Source of the DNA: a virus | DNA length: 64,000 nt | Strand: one strand, 5' to 3' | IMG/VR virus record: IMGVR_UViG_3300031413_000003 | Coordinates: 1-64,000 of that record | Part shown: positions 9,032 to 18,341 of the stretch, in pieces | Layout: every line of letters starts with the position of its first letter | Position numbering within the stretch: position 1 is the stretch's first letter | The notes under the pieces: model-generated | What the model was told of the DNA's origin: nothing | The model's database searches: none | The model's input: the letters and a program-made list of their open reading frames with translations, nothing else | Program-made: the position numbers and the translations under genes

Positions 9032-10356
9032 AACAGTTTGATGCACAACACTTTATGTTTGAAGAGAAGTTAGACGGACTTGAAAACTTCTTACAAATGT
9101 TTGGAGGACTTGAGGCGTATAACGTCGCAGGTTCAGGTAAGATCTTTGATATCTACTTCAAGCAGGATGTAGAAGAGTATGACCAGGCATGGGCCACACG
9201 CCTACGTCGTTACGTGTATTCCTTTACCACACGTCGTCAAGGGATGACTGATTACACTGAGTTCTTTGGTTCACCCTACCTCGGCTTGCAGAAGATCGTC
9301 TTTACCACAGCTGACCGTAACCAGTGGTTCACCGAGATCTATGATGCGGATGAAGACCAGATCTATGAAGCACTGATCGCCACCGGTATCGTTAAGAAAG
9401 AGTGGAACGTCGTATCTGATCCCTGGAACATGTCTATTCCATATCTGCTCTGCCAGGCGTATAACTCCAAGAAGCTGGATCAAAAGACCAAGCACCAAGC
9501 CATGGTGGACATCATCTGCATGTACCACTACAAGTGTCTAACCAGTATTCTGGCCAACGACTACCCTTTTCTGGCTCGTCGTGAAGTCGCCATTGAAACC
9601 TATAACCGTTTGTCACTGAAGTATGACATCAAACGTTACGGTAGCTGGCGTGCACTGATCGAAGCCCGTGCAGAGTTCATTCTGGACCCCCGCACTGGTA
9701 TTCACCACGAAGCCCTGACCACCATGAAGAACGACGCCAAGGTTGTTTACATGGTGGGTGATATCCAGGACCGCTTGCGTGGCGTGATCAATGACATCAA
9801 CAAGGTGTTCCATGACGTCAAGAACAAAACCGATATCTTGAGTATCGAAGGCAATACCGTGAAGTTAGAAGACGGTGTTACTATCAAGAACGTCGGCAAG
9901 GAAGTCCCTCAGTATAAAAGTTATATTGAGAGTGTATTGGTTTCCGAACAAGCTTTCTACAAAGAAGAGCTGATTCGTTATGCCTGCAAAATCGCTGAAT
10001 TCGGTGGTACTGATAAGCTGGCTTACGTTGTGCGAGCCTTCCCAGGCATCTATAACAACAAGAAAGGTGCGGAACATGCACACAAGTTCGTTGATGAATT
10101 AACCGTACACCTCTTTGAATACCTGCGTGTTAACAATATTCTGAAGACTCATGTTGTTGACGTAGCGCGTAAGATGAAAGGTGCATACAACTCGCCTCGC
10201 TCCGTTAATGAAACCGTGTTGTTCTTGAGACAGTTCGGTGATGAGCTGGTTACCAGTCAAACAGGTATCCGCACACCGAGCACTATAATTTCACTGAGAA
10301 CTGCATTTCTTGTTTATATGTGCTTACGAATTATAACAAGAGATAATTATCAATAA
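9028..10356 (+). CDS. Putative virion structural protein (442 aa)
   Basis: Long ORF; N-terminal GLE motifs (LDGLEN, GGLEA) suggest a protease-processed head protein. Confidence 0.55.
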   Translation: MKQFDAQHFMFEEKLDGLENFLQMFGGLEAYNVAGSGKIFDIYFKQDVEEYDQAWATRLRRYVYSFTTRRQGMTDYTEFFGSPYLGLQKIVFTTADRNQWFTEIYDADEDQIYEALIATGIVKKEWNVVSDPWNMSIPYLLCQAYNSKKLDQKTKHQAMVDIICMYHYKCLTSILANDYPFLARREVAIETYNRLSLKYDIKRYGSWRALIEARAEFILDPRTGIHHEALTTMKNDAKVVYMVGDIQDRLRGVINDINKVFHDVKNKTDILSIEGNTVKLEDGVTIKNVGKEVPQYKSYIESVLVSEQAFYKEELIRYACKIAEFGGTDKLAYVVRAFPGIYNNKKGAEHAHKFVDELTVHLFEYLRVNNILKTHVVDVARKMKGAYNSPRSVNETVLFLRQFGDELVTSQTGIRTPSTIISLRTAFLVYMCLRIITRDNYQ

Positions 10357-10365
10357 GGCGGGTTT

Positions 10366-10998
10366 ATGACTGACGATGTTAAAACAACGGAGTATAACTT
10401 GATTGAGATACTCACGAAAAAACTGCCAGACCTCCCAGTACCCAGCATCGAAACTGTTCGTGATGTAATCGTTGAACAAATCGGTGAGCTGGTTGAGTAT
10501 CACATGGATACCCAACGTAAGCTGAAAGAGCCTAAAGACACTGCCGCGTTATTCAACGGCATGTTAACCGGCAACATCGCTGAAATACAGAACTTTACCA
10601 AAGAAGGTGCAGGGCGCCGTGTCTACACCAAACCGGTAGAAGGTCTGGATCGTACACACTATCAACCTTATGTTCGTAACAAAGACGGGCGTGAGGAAGA
10701 ATGGAACATCACCATGGACAACCTAAACAAAGGTCAGTGGGCTGAAGTTCCTGGTGAAGACGATCGCGTTAGTTTTGGCGTTGCGCTGGATATGCTCTTC
10801 AAAGGTGAAGCTGATTATATCCGTTGCGAAGACTGGGTTGATCATCGTCAGTGCCTGCGACGCGCCGTCGTTATTCATGAGGACGGTAACTACTTTGCTC
10901 TACGTAACGTGGTTACCGGTGCTCTCTTTGTTCCCTGTGGTTCCAGTATGTCGTCTAACAACTGGATCATGTTCAAACTTTCTAAGGCGGCTAAATAA
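10366..10998 (+). CDS. Hypothetical protein with C-terminal DUF2829/Tad2-like domain
   Basis: C-terminus SFGVALDMLFKG...R..W...FVPCGSSMSSNNW resembles the DUF2829 pattern FG.AL..LK.G..V.R..W...W.P...D....DW. Confidence 0.5.
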   Translation: MTDDVKTTEYNLIEILTKKLPDLPVPSIETVRDVIVEQIGELVEYHMDTQRKLKEPKDTAALFNGMLTGNIAEIQNFTKEGAGRRVYTKPVEGLDRTHYQPYVRNKDGREEEWNITMDNLNKGQWAEVPGEDDRVSFGVALDMLFKGEADYIRCEDWVDHRQCLRRAVVIHEDGNYFALRNVVTGALFVPCGSSMSSNNWIMFKLSKAAK

Positions 10999-11147
10999 TG
11001 GCTACTAAACGCATTCCTAAAAACCGTGTTAAACGTGCTGGTCGTAAAGGGCAGATTCTGAATCAATTCTTCAGAACTCTGGTTAAGAATCAATCTCCTG
11101 TTCAGTTGGAGACAGATCATGCCGACCAAGTACAACACACGTCGTAA
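10998..11147 (+). CDS. Small basic protein (49 aa, MATKRIPKNRVKRAGRKG...)
   Basis: TAATG translational coupling; below the ORF-track size cutoff. Confidence 0.5.
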   Translation: MATKRIPKNRVKRAGRKGQILNQFFRTLVKNQSPVQLETDHADQVQHTS

Positions 11148-11226
11148 CTACCAGCCTACTCCTGTTGAAAAACTCGGTAACGCGTGGGGCAAACTCCTGG
11201 CAAGGAGTCGCAAATGTACGTCGTAG
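11119..11226 (+). CDS. Small basic protein (35 aa, MPTKYNTRRNY...)
   Basis: GGAG RBS 7 nt upstream; overlaps both neighbours. Confidence 0.35.
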   Translation: MPTKYNTRRNYQPTPVEKLGNAWGKLLARSRKCTS

Positions 11227-11765
11227 CCGAAGGTATGGATCTCGCAGGCAAATCCCTGTTTATTAAAAGTCTGGTAAAGCTGTATGCGAAAACCGGCAAA
11301 GAGATCCTTACCGTATCTGAACCGTTTATGGGGCATCCATCTGGTCAAAAGATCCGTGACTTCCTGTCAGCGAAATCCACTAACAGCTGTGAGCTGTATC
11401 GTCTTTACAAAGAGAACCGTGATTATCTTTGGAACGCGATTATTCGCCCTGCGTTAGAGTCTGGCAAGATCGTCATCAGTGATCGTAACTTTATTAGTTC
11501 CATGGTCTACCAGGAAACCATGGGTATGGTGCCGGTGCTGAATCACAACAACCACAACCATCCGGACGTGGTGTACCTGTTGCAGATTTCGCATCCGACT
11601 TACATCGGACGTCTAAAGAAGAAAAAGAACCTCGAGGTTATTGAGAAAGAATTCCAAAACCCAGAGAAGTTCGAGCACCACCAACGACGTTATCGCGAGG
11701 CTTGTTCACTGTTACAGCGACTAAGCCCAAAAACCCTTGTGATCCCGGTAGGTGAGCCATTATGA
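11214..11765 (+). CDS. tmk: Thymidylate (dTMP) kinase
   Basis: P-loop EGMDLAGKS, SEP motif, VISDRNFISSMVYQ and PD motifs; ATG 11214 with AAGGAG RBS. Confidence 0.92.
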   Translation: MYVVAEGMDLAGKSLFIKSLVKLYAKTGKEILTVSEPFMGHPSGQKIRDFLSAKSTNSCELYRLYKENRDYLWNAIIRPALESGKIVISDRNFISSMVYQETMGMVPVLNHNNHNHPDVVYLLQISHPTYIGRLKKKKNLEVIEKEFQNPEKFEHHQRRYREACSLLQRLSPKTLVIPVGEPL

Positions 11766-12205
11766 CTGCACACACAGAACTTTCTAAAGCGAATTTTGAT
11801 CTACCTATTTACTCTGCCATGGCGGTTAACCATCTGAAAGCCTGGTTCAGTCTTCAGGTTATCTCGGCGTTTAATCAGCATATGTTTAACCTGCCGGTTC
11901 AACGTTGGGTTAAAGACCACGAAATCTCTATGAACGACATGATCTTTAAAAGCGAAGTGTCGATCGGGATCAATGGCGACGGCAATGCACTGAAGTATAC
12001 TCTGACTTCCAAGGGGTTAAACTTCAAAAAGCTGGAGAGCATGGGGTTAAGCCTGACCAGCTTGATTGAAGGATTTACGAATTCCCTGCTGGTTGAACAA
12101 CATGTCGATCGCGGATTGATTGTGGGGATGTTCGCTAGTATTAACGAGAACGTCATTATTATTTCTGTGCCGCTAGCTAAACCTCTGAAAGCGCTGGTCC
12201 ATTAA
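11762..12205 (+). CDS. Hypothetical protein (147 aa)
   Basis: ATGA overlap with tmk. Confidence 0.75.
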   Translation: MTAHTELSKANFDLPIYSAMAVNHLKAWFSLQVISAFNQHMFNLPVQRWVKDHEISMNDMIFKSEVSIGINGDGNALKYTLTSKGLNFKKLESMGLSLTSLIEGFTNSLLVEQHVDRGLIVGMFASINENVIIISVPLAKPLKALVH

Positions 12206-12216
12206 TCCAAATAAAC

Positions 12217-12248
12217 TAACTACTACTCCCGCAAGGGAGTAGTAGTTA
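12217..12248. terminator. Bidirectional terminator (conserved hairpin family)
   Basis: TAACTACTACTCCC-GCAA-GGGAGTAGTAGTTA between convergent genes. Confidence 0.85.
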
Positions 12249-12262
12249 TTATTTATGTTTGC

Positions 12263-13273
12263 TTATTGTGGGGCTTTAACCAAATATTTACAGGTCATGA
12301 TATCCAGTTTGATATCGCTAAGAGTGTCACTGAGTTCGAACATACTGAAGATATCAAAGTCCAAACGACAGTAACGCACTAACGCCTTACACAACGCCTC
12401 ACGTTCATGTTGGTCAGTCACTGTTTTAAGATGACCTTCAAAAAAGCTATAAAGCTTTTCTTTAGATACATTCTTATTGCGGATATTTTCTGGAGTAATA
12501 TTTAATCCATTAATTGCCGCACTTAAGTGATTACACACATTTGTGATTTGTGTGCCCGCCAGGTTATTAACATCTTGAACAGTAATACTGGCAAGGTTAG
12601 CCGGCGGAGTTTCCCATTTCTTAAAATCAGCTGCAACAGTATTAAACTTTGCAGCAAATTCAGAAGGGGTCATTTTGGAGAAGCCAGAGAACACAGACTC
12701 GTGGTTACTCCCCAGGCTGTCGCGCATCCCATAAACGGTTTCATAGTTCTTCTTCAAACTTTCCAGTTCAGCAGCAAAATTCTTCGCAAGCTTCTGCAAA
12801 TGTTGATAAAGATATTTAAGGTTATGTGGAACCATAACCAACGTTACCGTGCGGGGTTCTTCTTTTGCTTCCGACCCTGAAGATGGCACCACCGCCATGG
12901 TGACCTTATCCTTGGTCTTTTGTTCTTCAGTAGGTTCGTGCGCTTTAGGGGCGGGAACATCAGCCTTGATCTCAGAAGCCTTGACCGGTGTCACTTTGGC
13001 CTTGGTTACGTCAACCTTCATACCGCTCTTCATGCCTGTTTCCTTCGTCGCCACACCTGTGTCTTTCTTACCAGTGAAGAGACTAACTAACCAGGCGCAG
13101 AACTGCTTGATCTTTTCCCAGATAGCGCCCACCAAACCTTCATTGCCGGCCAGGTGATTTAAACCAACAATGTCGTTGGCGTACAACTGCCCCTGCATAT
13201 AACGAAAGGCGTAGCTCTCATTACCGTCGACGAGATCGTCGATGCCCTGATTAATCAATTCATTATGTTCCAT
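12263..13273 (-). CDS. Internal head protein, paralog family with shared N-terminal leader
   Basis: N-terminus shared with 7250..8110; GNE motifs (DGNES, AGNEG); Lys/Pro/Glu-rich linker follows. Confidence 0.65.
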   Translation of the reverse strand: MEHNELINQGIDDLVDGNESYAFRYMQGQLYANDIVGLNHLAGNEGLVGAIWEKIKQFCAWLVSLFTGKKDTGVATKETGMKSGMKVDVTKAKVTPVKASEIKADVPAPKAHEPTEEQKTKDKVTMAVVPSSGSEAKEEPRTVTLVMVPHNLKYLYQHLQKLAKNFAAELESLKKNYETVYGMRDSLGSNHESVFSGFSKMTPSEFAAKFNTVAADFKKWETPPANLASITVQDVNNLAGTQITNVCNHLSAAINGLNITPENIRNKNVSKEKLYSFFEGHLKTVTDQHEREALCKALVRYCRLDFDIFSMFELSDTLSDIKLDIMTCKYLVKAPQ

Positions 13274-13286
13274 TGTTCCCTCGGTG

Positions 13287-16200
13287 TTATGCCGCTTGGC
13301 GGTGTTTCATAATGCGTTGGTTGCGCTCAACCTTCGCCTGTTCAATAGTGGTATCGATGGTGTGAATGCGCTTCGCCTCTTTTGGTAACAGTTTGGTGAG
13401 CTTGTTGATCTCGAATTCCAAACGCATCGCCAAGATATTGTCATTGGTTTTGATGTACTCCTCGGTAAGTTTGATAATGCGCTTACGGACTTGGTCAATC
13501 ATATCCAAGACTTTCGGGTCATCAAACACACTCTTCTCACCGCCCGCCAACAGGTTCTTAGTGCGCGTCAACGCCATATGTGGGCTGATGTCGTAATAAG
13601 TTTTACTGTTACCTACCTTGATAAACCAGTAACTCAACAACCACGCAATTACCAAGTCATCGTGACCTTCCAGTTCATGGTCGATACGATCGTTCTTGAT
13701 CTTCAGTGCGATGATCTCGTCAATCAGTTTATCGTAGTGCAGACCTGCACCGGTAGCCGCTACCGCTTCTTGAATAAAGTCATACAGCTCTTTACGCGTC
13801 GACGCAGTTGTGTTAAAGCCAAAGAATTCCTTGAAGCGCAGGTAGAACTCTTTGGTGCGACCGCCAGCACGTGTCCGTTTAACTTCTTCGAACTGTGAGG
13901 CATACTTAACGGGATCGTTATAGATGCGGTTAAACATCTTCTTAAACGGATCCATTCCCTTGGCTTGCAGGGTGATCAGCAGTTTGTCAATGAAGTGGTG
14001 CGCGTAGTTACGTTCGATAATCAGCATGCTGTTATGAATCGATTCCAGCAGGTCCACTACAATGTCCGCCACGTCATCCAGGAACGCCAGAGGATACCGC
14101 CCCACCCCAATGGTGTCACCGGTCACCATACTGCGTAACACCACCGTACAGGCATCCTTGTTGATAGCCGACGAGGTATCACACCCGATGATGATGTGGT
14201 CATTGTGGTCCGGACTGCACATCTTGATAAGTTCTTCTTTGGTTACGAAGAAGTCAACATACAGGTTACTTTCCCGGTACTCCTTGCTCCACACCGCATC
14301 GCGCTTGTTGTCACTCAACTTCTCACGCGTGACGTCATCAAACAACCGGTCCTCACCGTCTTCCACCCACATCAACAGTAAGTCGATCTTGGCCTTGGAC
14401 AGCGTCAGTTTCAGCTGGTCGATGGTGCGGGTTACCCAGTCCTTGCTCTTACCTAACTTCAGGTAGTTGTAAATCATGGCCACCGATGGAGAGGTAGTCT
14501 TGACTGGACTGCGCTTAATCAACTTGTGCACCAGATGACTTTCACTGTAGCAGTCGAAGAACTTCTCGCGCCACTCAGTGGAGTTCATGATGTTGCGGTA
14601 CATGTACGCACCAGACGGATGCTTGATGGTGTTTGGCGTAGTAATGTAGTTGATGGCGTAAGGCAAACCTTTCTCACGCATGTTATCCATTTCAGTCAGG
14701 GCAGATGGTGTACATCCGTTGACAATGGATTCGATGTAGTTAATGTAACCGGGTTCATCGAAGTTGGTTGTTCCCACCGTAAGACCACGGCCCAAGTCAC
14801 CTGCGGCGGCTTCAGACTGTTGCGGAACCGAGATGGTTAAGACGTTGGCTTGACCCTCACCAAAACTACGGTAGGTCAGGTAGTTACCACTGTCCTTATC
14901 CTTGTAGGTCGGGTTAACCAAGTAACTCGGCATCTGCGTACGAATGTTCTTGATCGCCTCAATGAACTGCGCACGGTTATCTGACTTCAGCGTCACCAGG
15001 TGTGTTTTGTAGCTACGACCCATGATGTACGTTAACCAGAAGTCAATGACCTGCACCGACACCGTGTTGTGGGTAACGATAAAGTCATCGGTGATATAGG
15101 TGGAATCATCGTTGTTGACTTCGATACACACACAAGGGCGATCACCCGCAAACGACACCTTCTTGACGAACAGCTTGTTGCTGTAACCTGGGACCAGTTC
15201 TTTACGGAAACGGAAATACGGCACCTCATCAGGCAACGTGATAATCAGCTTCTCGATCTTGCGTTCGTAACGAGCAGTACCGCCCAGGCCCCGCACCAGA
15301 TACTGGATTTGACGCATGCCGATGGTGTCTTTGGATTTAATCAGAATACCGTCAGTTCCGATTTCACCCAAAGCATCCAGCACGCCGTGCAGTAACTCTT
15401 TACGACTCTGCAGATCGCTGTCCAACAGGTTAACCGGTAAACCGATGTCATTGTTGATTTCAAAGTTGGTTCCGTCAGCCCGTACAATGCTTAACTGACC
15501 GTCACTGCAAAGCACCTTGAACTTATCCAGCACATCCCGGTCCAGAAGCGCCTGTAACTCATCCTGGTAGCTCGTGTCCACATTCGGTAAAGGAATGCTT
15601 GGTACAGAACCTTCAGCGTTGAGAAACGCTCCCATGAGGTATCCCAGTCGGTCACGGTTTTTACGACTGTTCTCGAGATTTTCAATCAGCGGGATTTGGA
15701 TAGGATCCTTGGCATAATTCGGGTTGCGCAACATTTCCAGGAAGAAAGCCGTGGTGGTTTCACTCCAGCTGTTTTCTCCGCAGTCCGCGTTGGTGCGGTA
15801 ACGCCACATGTGGTCCGTGGCTGCACGGGTTTTACGACCATCACTCATCTCGACTTCATAAGTGCGCATGTAGCCCTGAGGCCATACGCCATTGACCAGA
15901 GACTCCTGACCATTGGGGTCGATAATGGTGTCACCAGTTTTAATGTCTCCCATCTCTTTCCATACCGGGTCAGAGGGGAGGGTTTGTTTAACACGAATCT
16001 TGCTCTTAACGTCTTGGGCCTTGCCCTGCTGACGTGGCATGATGTTGTACGTGGTAATGTGGTTGAGGTACGCCCAAATAAAGGAGACATTACCACGGTT
16101 GGCTTTAAAGGGTTGTTCTGCTTTTAACCACAGTACTTCACGCAGGCAGTACCAGAAGTTCTCTTTGCACTCGTTGTGAATCCAGACCTTCTGTTCGTTA

Positions 16201-16565
16201 CTCAGGTTGGCTTCATCACGTGGGTTAACCCCGATCAGGGCAGGGTTGTTAATTTGCAGGATAAAGTAGTAGTTCTTAATACCCTGTTGACGAAACAGTT
16301 CTGCCGTACGACGGAAGCTTTCATTCTTAGTAGTAATGTCAGGCTTGGCATTGTAGTGGTAGAAGTCTTTTAAAAAGCGAACGGTTTTGATGCCGTGCAA
16401 GCTGTCTTCGCGGAAATGCTGGAGCAACACTTCTTCATCGCTCTTTTTTTCCGTGTCAATTTCTTTGCGGATATCGTCCACAAAGTACTTGGGGAGTGTT
16501 TCGATCCCCAGATATGCCTGCAAATCCGCAGCAATATCTTTCTCTTTCAAATCAGTAGCAAACAT
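13287..16565 (-). CDS. terL: Terminase large subunit, intein-containing (phiKZ gp25-like)
   Basis: Walker A PRQQGK|T split by an intein; GRGLT...FDEP Walker B region; YITTP coupling motif; IIGCDTS and HDDLVIAW nuclease motifs. Confidence 0.92.
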   Translation of the reverse strand: MFATDLKEKDIAADLQAYLGIETLPKYFVDDIRKEIDTEKKSDEEVLLQHFREDSLHGIKTVRFLKDFYHYNAKPDITTKNESFRRTAELFRQQGIKNYYFILQINNPALIGVNPRDEANLSNEQKVWIHNECKENFWYCLREVLWLKAEQPFKANRGNVSFIWAYLNHITTYNIMPRQQGKAQDVKSKIRVKQTLPSDPVWKEMGDIKTGDTIIDPNGQESLVNGVWPQGYMRTYEVEMSDGRKTRAATDHMWRYRTNADCGENSWSETTTAFFLEMLRNPNYAKDPIQIPLIENLENSRKNRDRLGYLMGAFLNAEGSVPSIPLPNVDTSYQDELQALLDRDVLDKFKVLCSDGQLSIVRADGTNFEINNDIGLPVNLLDSDLQSRKELLHGVLDALGEIGTDGILIKSKDTIGMRQIQYLVRGLGGTARYERKIEKLIITLPDEVPYFRFRKELVPGYSNKLFVKKVSFAGDRPCVCIEVNNDDSTYITDDFIVTHNTVSVQVIDFWLTYIMGRSYKTHLVTLKSDNRAQFIEAIKNIRTQMPSYLVNPTYKDKDSGNYLTYRSFGEGQANVLTISVPQQSEAAAGDLGRGLTVGTTNFDEPGYINYIESIVNGCTPSALTEMDNMREKGLPYAINYITTPNTIKHPSGAYMYRNIMNSTEWREKFFDCYSESHLVHKLIKRSPVKTTSPSVAMIYNYLKLGKSKDWVTRTIDQLKLTLSKAKIDLLLMWVEDGEDRLFDDVTREKLSDNKRDAVWSKEYRESNLYVDFFVTKEELIKMCSPDHNDHIIIGCDTSSAINKDACTVVLRSMVTGDTIGVGRYPLAFLDDVADIVVDLLESIHNSMLIIERNYAHHFIDKLLITLQAKGMDPFKKMFNRIYNDPVKYASQFEEVKRTRAGGRTKEFYLRFKEFFGFNTTASTRKELYDFIQEAVAATGAGLHYDKLIDEIIALKIKNDRIDHELEGHDDLVIAWLLSYWFIKVGNSKTYYDISPHMALTRTKNLLAGGEKSVFDDPKVLDMIDQVRKRIIKLTEEYIKTNDNILAMRLEFEINKLTKLLPKEAKRIHTIDTTIEQAKVERNQRIMKHRQAA
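15066..16019 (-). mobile_element. Intein (318 aa), Ala-initiated class 3-type, with degenerate LAGLIDADG homing endonuclease
   Basis: GK|AQ N-junction; block B TDHMW; block F PCVCIEV; block G FIVTHN|T; LAGLIDADG-like LGYLMGAFLNAEG and LLHGVLDALG. Confidence 0.88.
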
Positions 16566-16584
16566 GTCTCAGTCCATAAAAGAA

Positions 16585-16612
16585 TAAGGTTACGGCGTAC
16601 GCCGTAACCTTA
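16585..16612. terminator. Perfect 28-bp palindrome / terminator upstream of terL
   Basis: TAAGGTTACGGCGTACGCCGTAACCTTA followed by TTCTTTT on minus. Confidence 0.7.
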
Positions 16613-16616
16613 GAGT

Positions 16617-18341
16617 TTAAGAAGCGAGATCCACAGTAACACCCGTCATAGCCAACTGCTTTTCAGTGCCGTTGGCATCCTTCTGTGCCCAGCACAGCAA
16701 CAGAGTCTGACCTTTGGCCTGTGCAGCACCAATGGTGAGATCTTTGTTCCAGTCCGTGAGCGACAGCGGGAAGCGCTTACCGTCCTGCAACATCACGTAC
16801 ACGATGTTCGGGGTAGGTGCCTTCTCTTCATTGAACACATCGTAGCTTGGTTGTACAGACCAGTACAGCGCCTGCAGCCAATCTTCGAACTTGGTATAAC
16901 CGTTGGTCAGGTTAACCTTGGTCGTGGCACCGTTGTTGGTGGTCTTCGCAAACAGAGCGTCATAGATCGGCTTGTCTTGCGAGTACTGAACACCCCAACG
17001 TTTGTCCGGACCGTTGATGTCTTTGTAGAGAATAATAGACGTGTCTTGCTTGTAGATCGTCGCGTTGTATTCAGGACTAACTTCTTTAAGGGTTAAGTTA
17101 AAGGTTAGATCCTGCAACGTGTTGTAAGACTTCGGCTTGAACGGAGGCGAACTCTCATTCAACGTCACCAGGTCAGTGACTTCCACATACGCCTTACGCA
17201 ACAGGTCGTACAGGAAGTGACGCAGACCCCACTGACTGCCCTGGCTCTGCCACACCGGATAGGTATAGAGTTTCGGAGCATAGGCGCCTTGCGGAGCACC
17301 GGCAACGATCTGGTACACACGGGTCTTGCGACCGGCTTGACCTGGCTGAGCGACGTAGAACTGCTCGTCATCTGCCAGCGTGTACACCAGGGCTACTTCA
17401 GCACTCTGTCCCGGATAGCTTGGACGGTATTCATCCGTACCCAGGAGTTTGAACTTCGCACCGTTAACCGGGAGTTCAACACGATCCCCGTTGCTGTAGT
17501 GTGCTACGGCACGGAACTCGATACCGTTTACCGGCGTGGTAATCGGGAGGATCATTTTGTCTGGGTCATTAGAGTCAGTGAACCAGGCAGAGATCAACTC
17601 GATATCCAGCAGATAACGAACGCCTTTCAGACGGTTACGCAGATAGGAGCCGTGCTGCACAACGATACGCTGTGACGGAGTAATCACCATGTCACCCTGG
17701 TCAAAGAACACCAGGGTACAGCGACTACCGTTTGGCAGGGCGTCTTCGTTCAACGTCACCGAGAACGCATCCGTGGTCATCACTGTTTTGTTGGTGTAGT
17801 TGTTGATAGCCGCCAGCATCACCGGAACTTCATTGGTGGTTAAGTTAGCTGACTTGTCATACACCGCAGAGATGATCTTTCCGCCGTTGTCAGGATCGAT
17901 GTTGTCACCCAGGAACAGCAGGGCATAAGCAGCACCAGGACGCATAATGGTAGAGTCGATACGCGCACGGTTTGGACGCACAGAATAATCAACCGCCATG
18001 ATGCCTTCACCGTTTAACGGACCACCCTTCTCGCCAAAGATCGCATCTTGATCTTCAGTGGTTGAACCTGCATCACTAAAGATCGTTGCGCGACGGAGTT
18101 CGGATTTATTCTGGTACACCTTGTAAACGTAATACCAGATAATCACCGAGTCCTGAAGATCCCAGACTAACCAGCCCTCTTCAGGCACCACGTACTTGCT
18201 TTCATCTGCAGCCGGCATGGTGTCCGGATCCCAGAGGTTGCCAATCCAGAGGATCTGGCGACGCAAACCACTGGCAGCATCAGAAATAGACGTAGCTCCG
18301 GCGGCACGCGAGTTTTGAGTAATAGGAGTATTATCAAACAT
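16617..18341 (-). CDS. Virion structural (baseplate-associated) protein, phiKZ gp26-like
   Basis: 574 aa, beta-rich; conserved position between terminase and sheath in phiKZ-like phages. Confidence 0.65.
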   Translation of the reverse strand: MFDNTPITQNSRAAGATSISDAASGLRRQILWIGNLWDPDTMPAADESKYVVPEEGWLVWDLQDSVIIWYYVYKVYQNKSELRRATIFSDAGSTTEDQDAIFGEKGGPLNGEGIMAVDYSVRPNRARIDSTIMRPGAAYALLFLGDNIDPDNGGKIISAVYDKSANLTTNEVPVMLAAINNYTNKTVMTTDAFSVTLNEDALPNGSRCTLVFFDQGDMVITPSQRIVVQHGSYLRNRLKGVRYLLDIELISAWFTDSNDPDKMILPITTPVNGIEFRAVAHYSNGDRVELPVNGAKFKLLGTDEYRPSYPGQSAEVALVYTLADDEQFYVAQPGQAGRKTRVYQIVAGAPQGAYAPKLYTYPVWQSQGSQWGLRHFLYDLLRKAYVEVTDLVTLNESSPPFKPKSYNTLQDLTFNLTLKEVSPEYNATIYKQDTSIILYKDINGPDKRWGVQYSQDKPIYDALFAKTTNNGATTKVNLTNGYTKFEDWLQALYWSVQPSYDVFNEEKAPTPNIVYVMLQDGKRFPLSLTDWNKDLTIGAAQAKGQTLLLCWAQKDANGTEKQLAMTGVTVDLAS

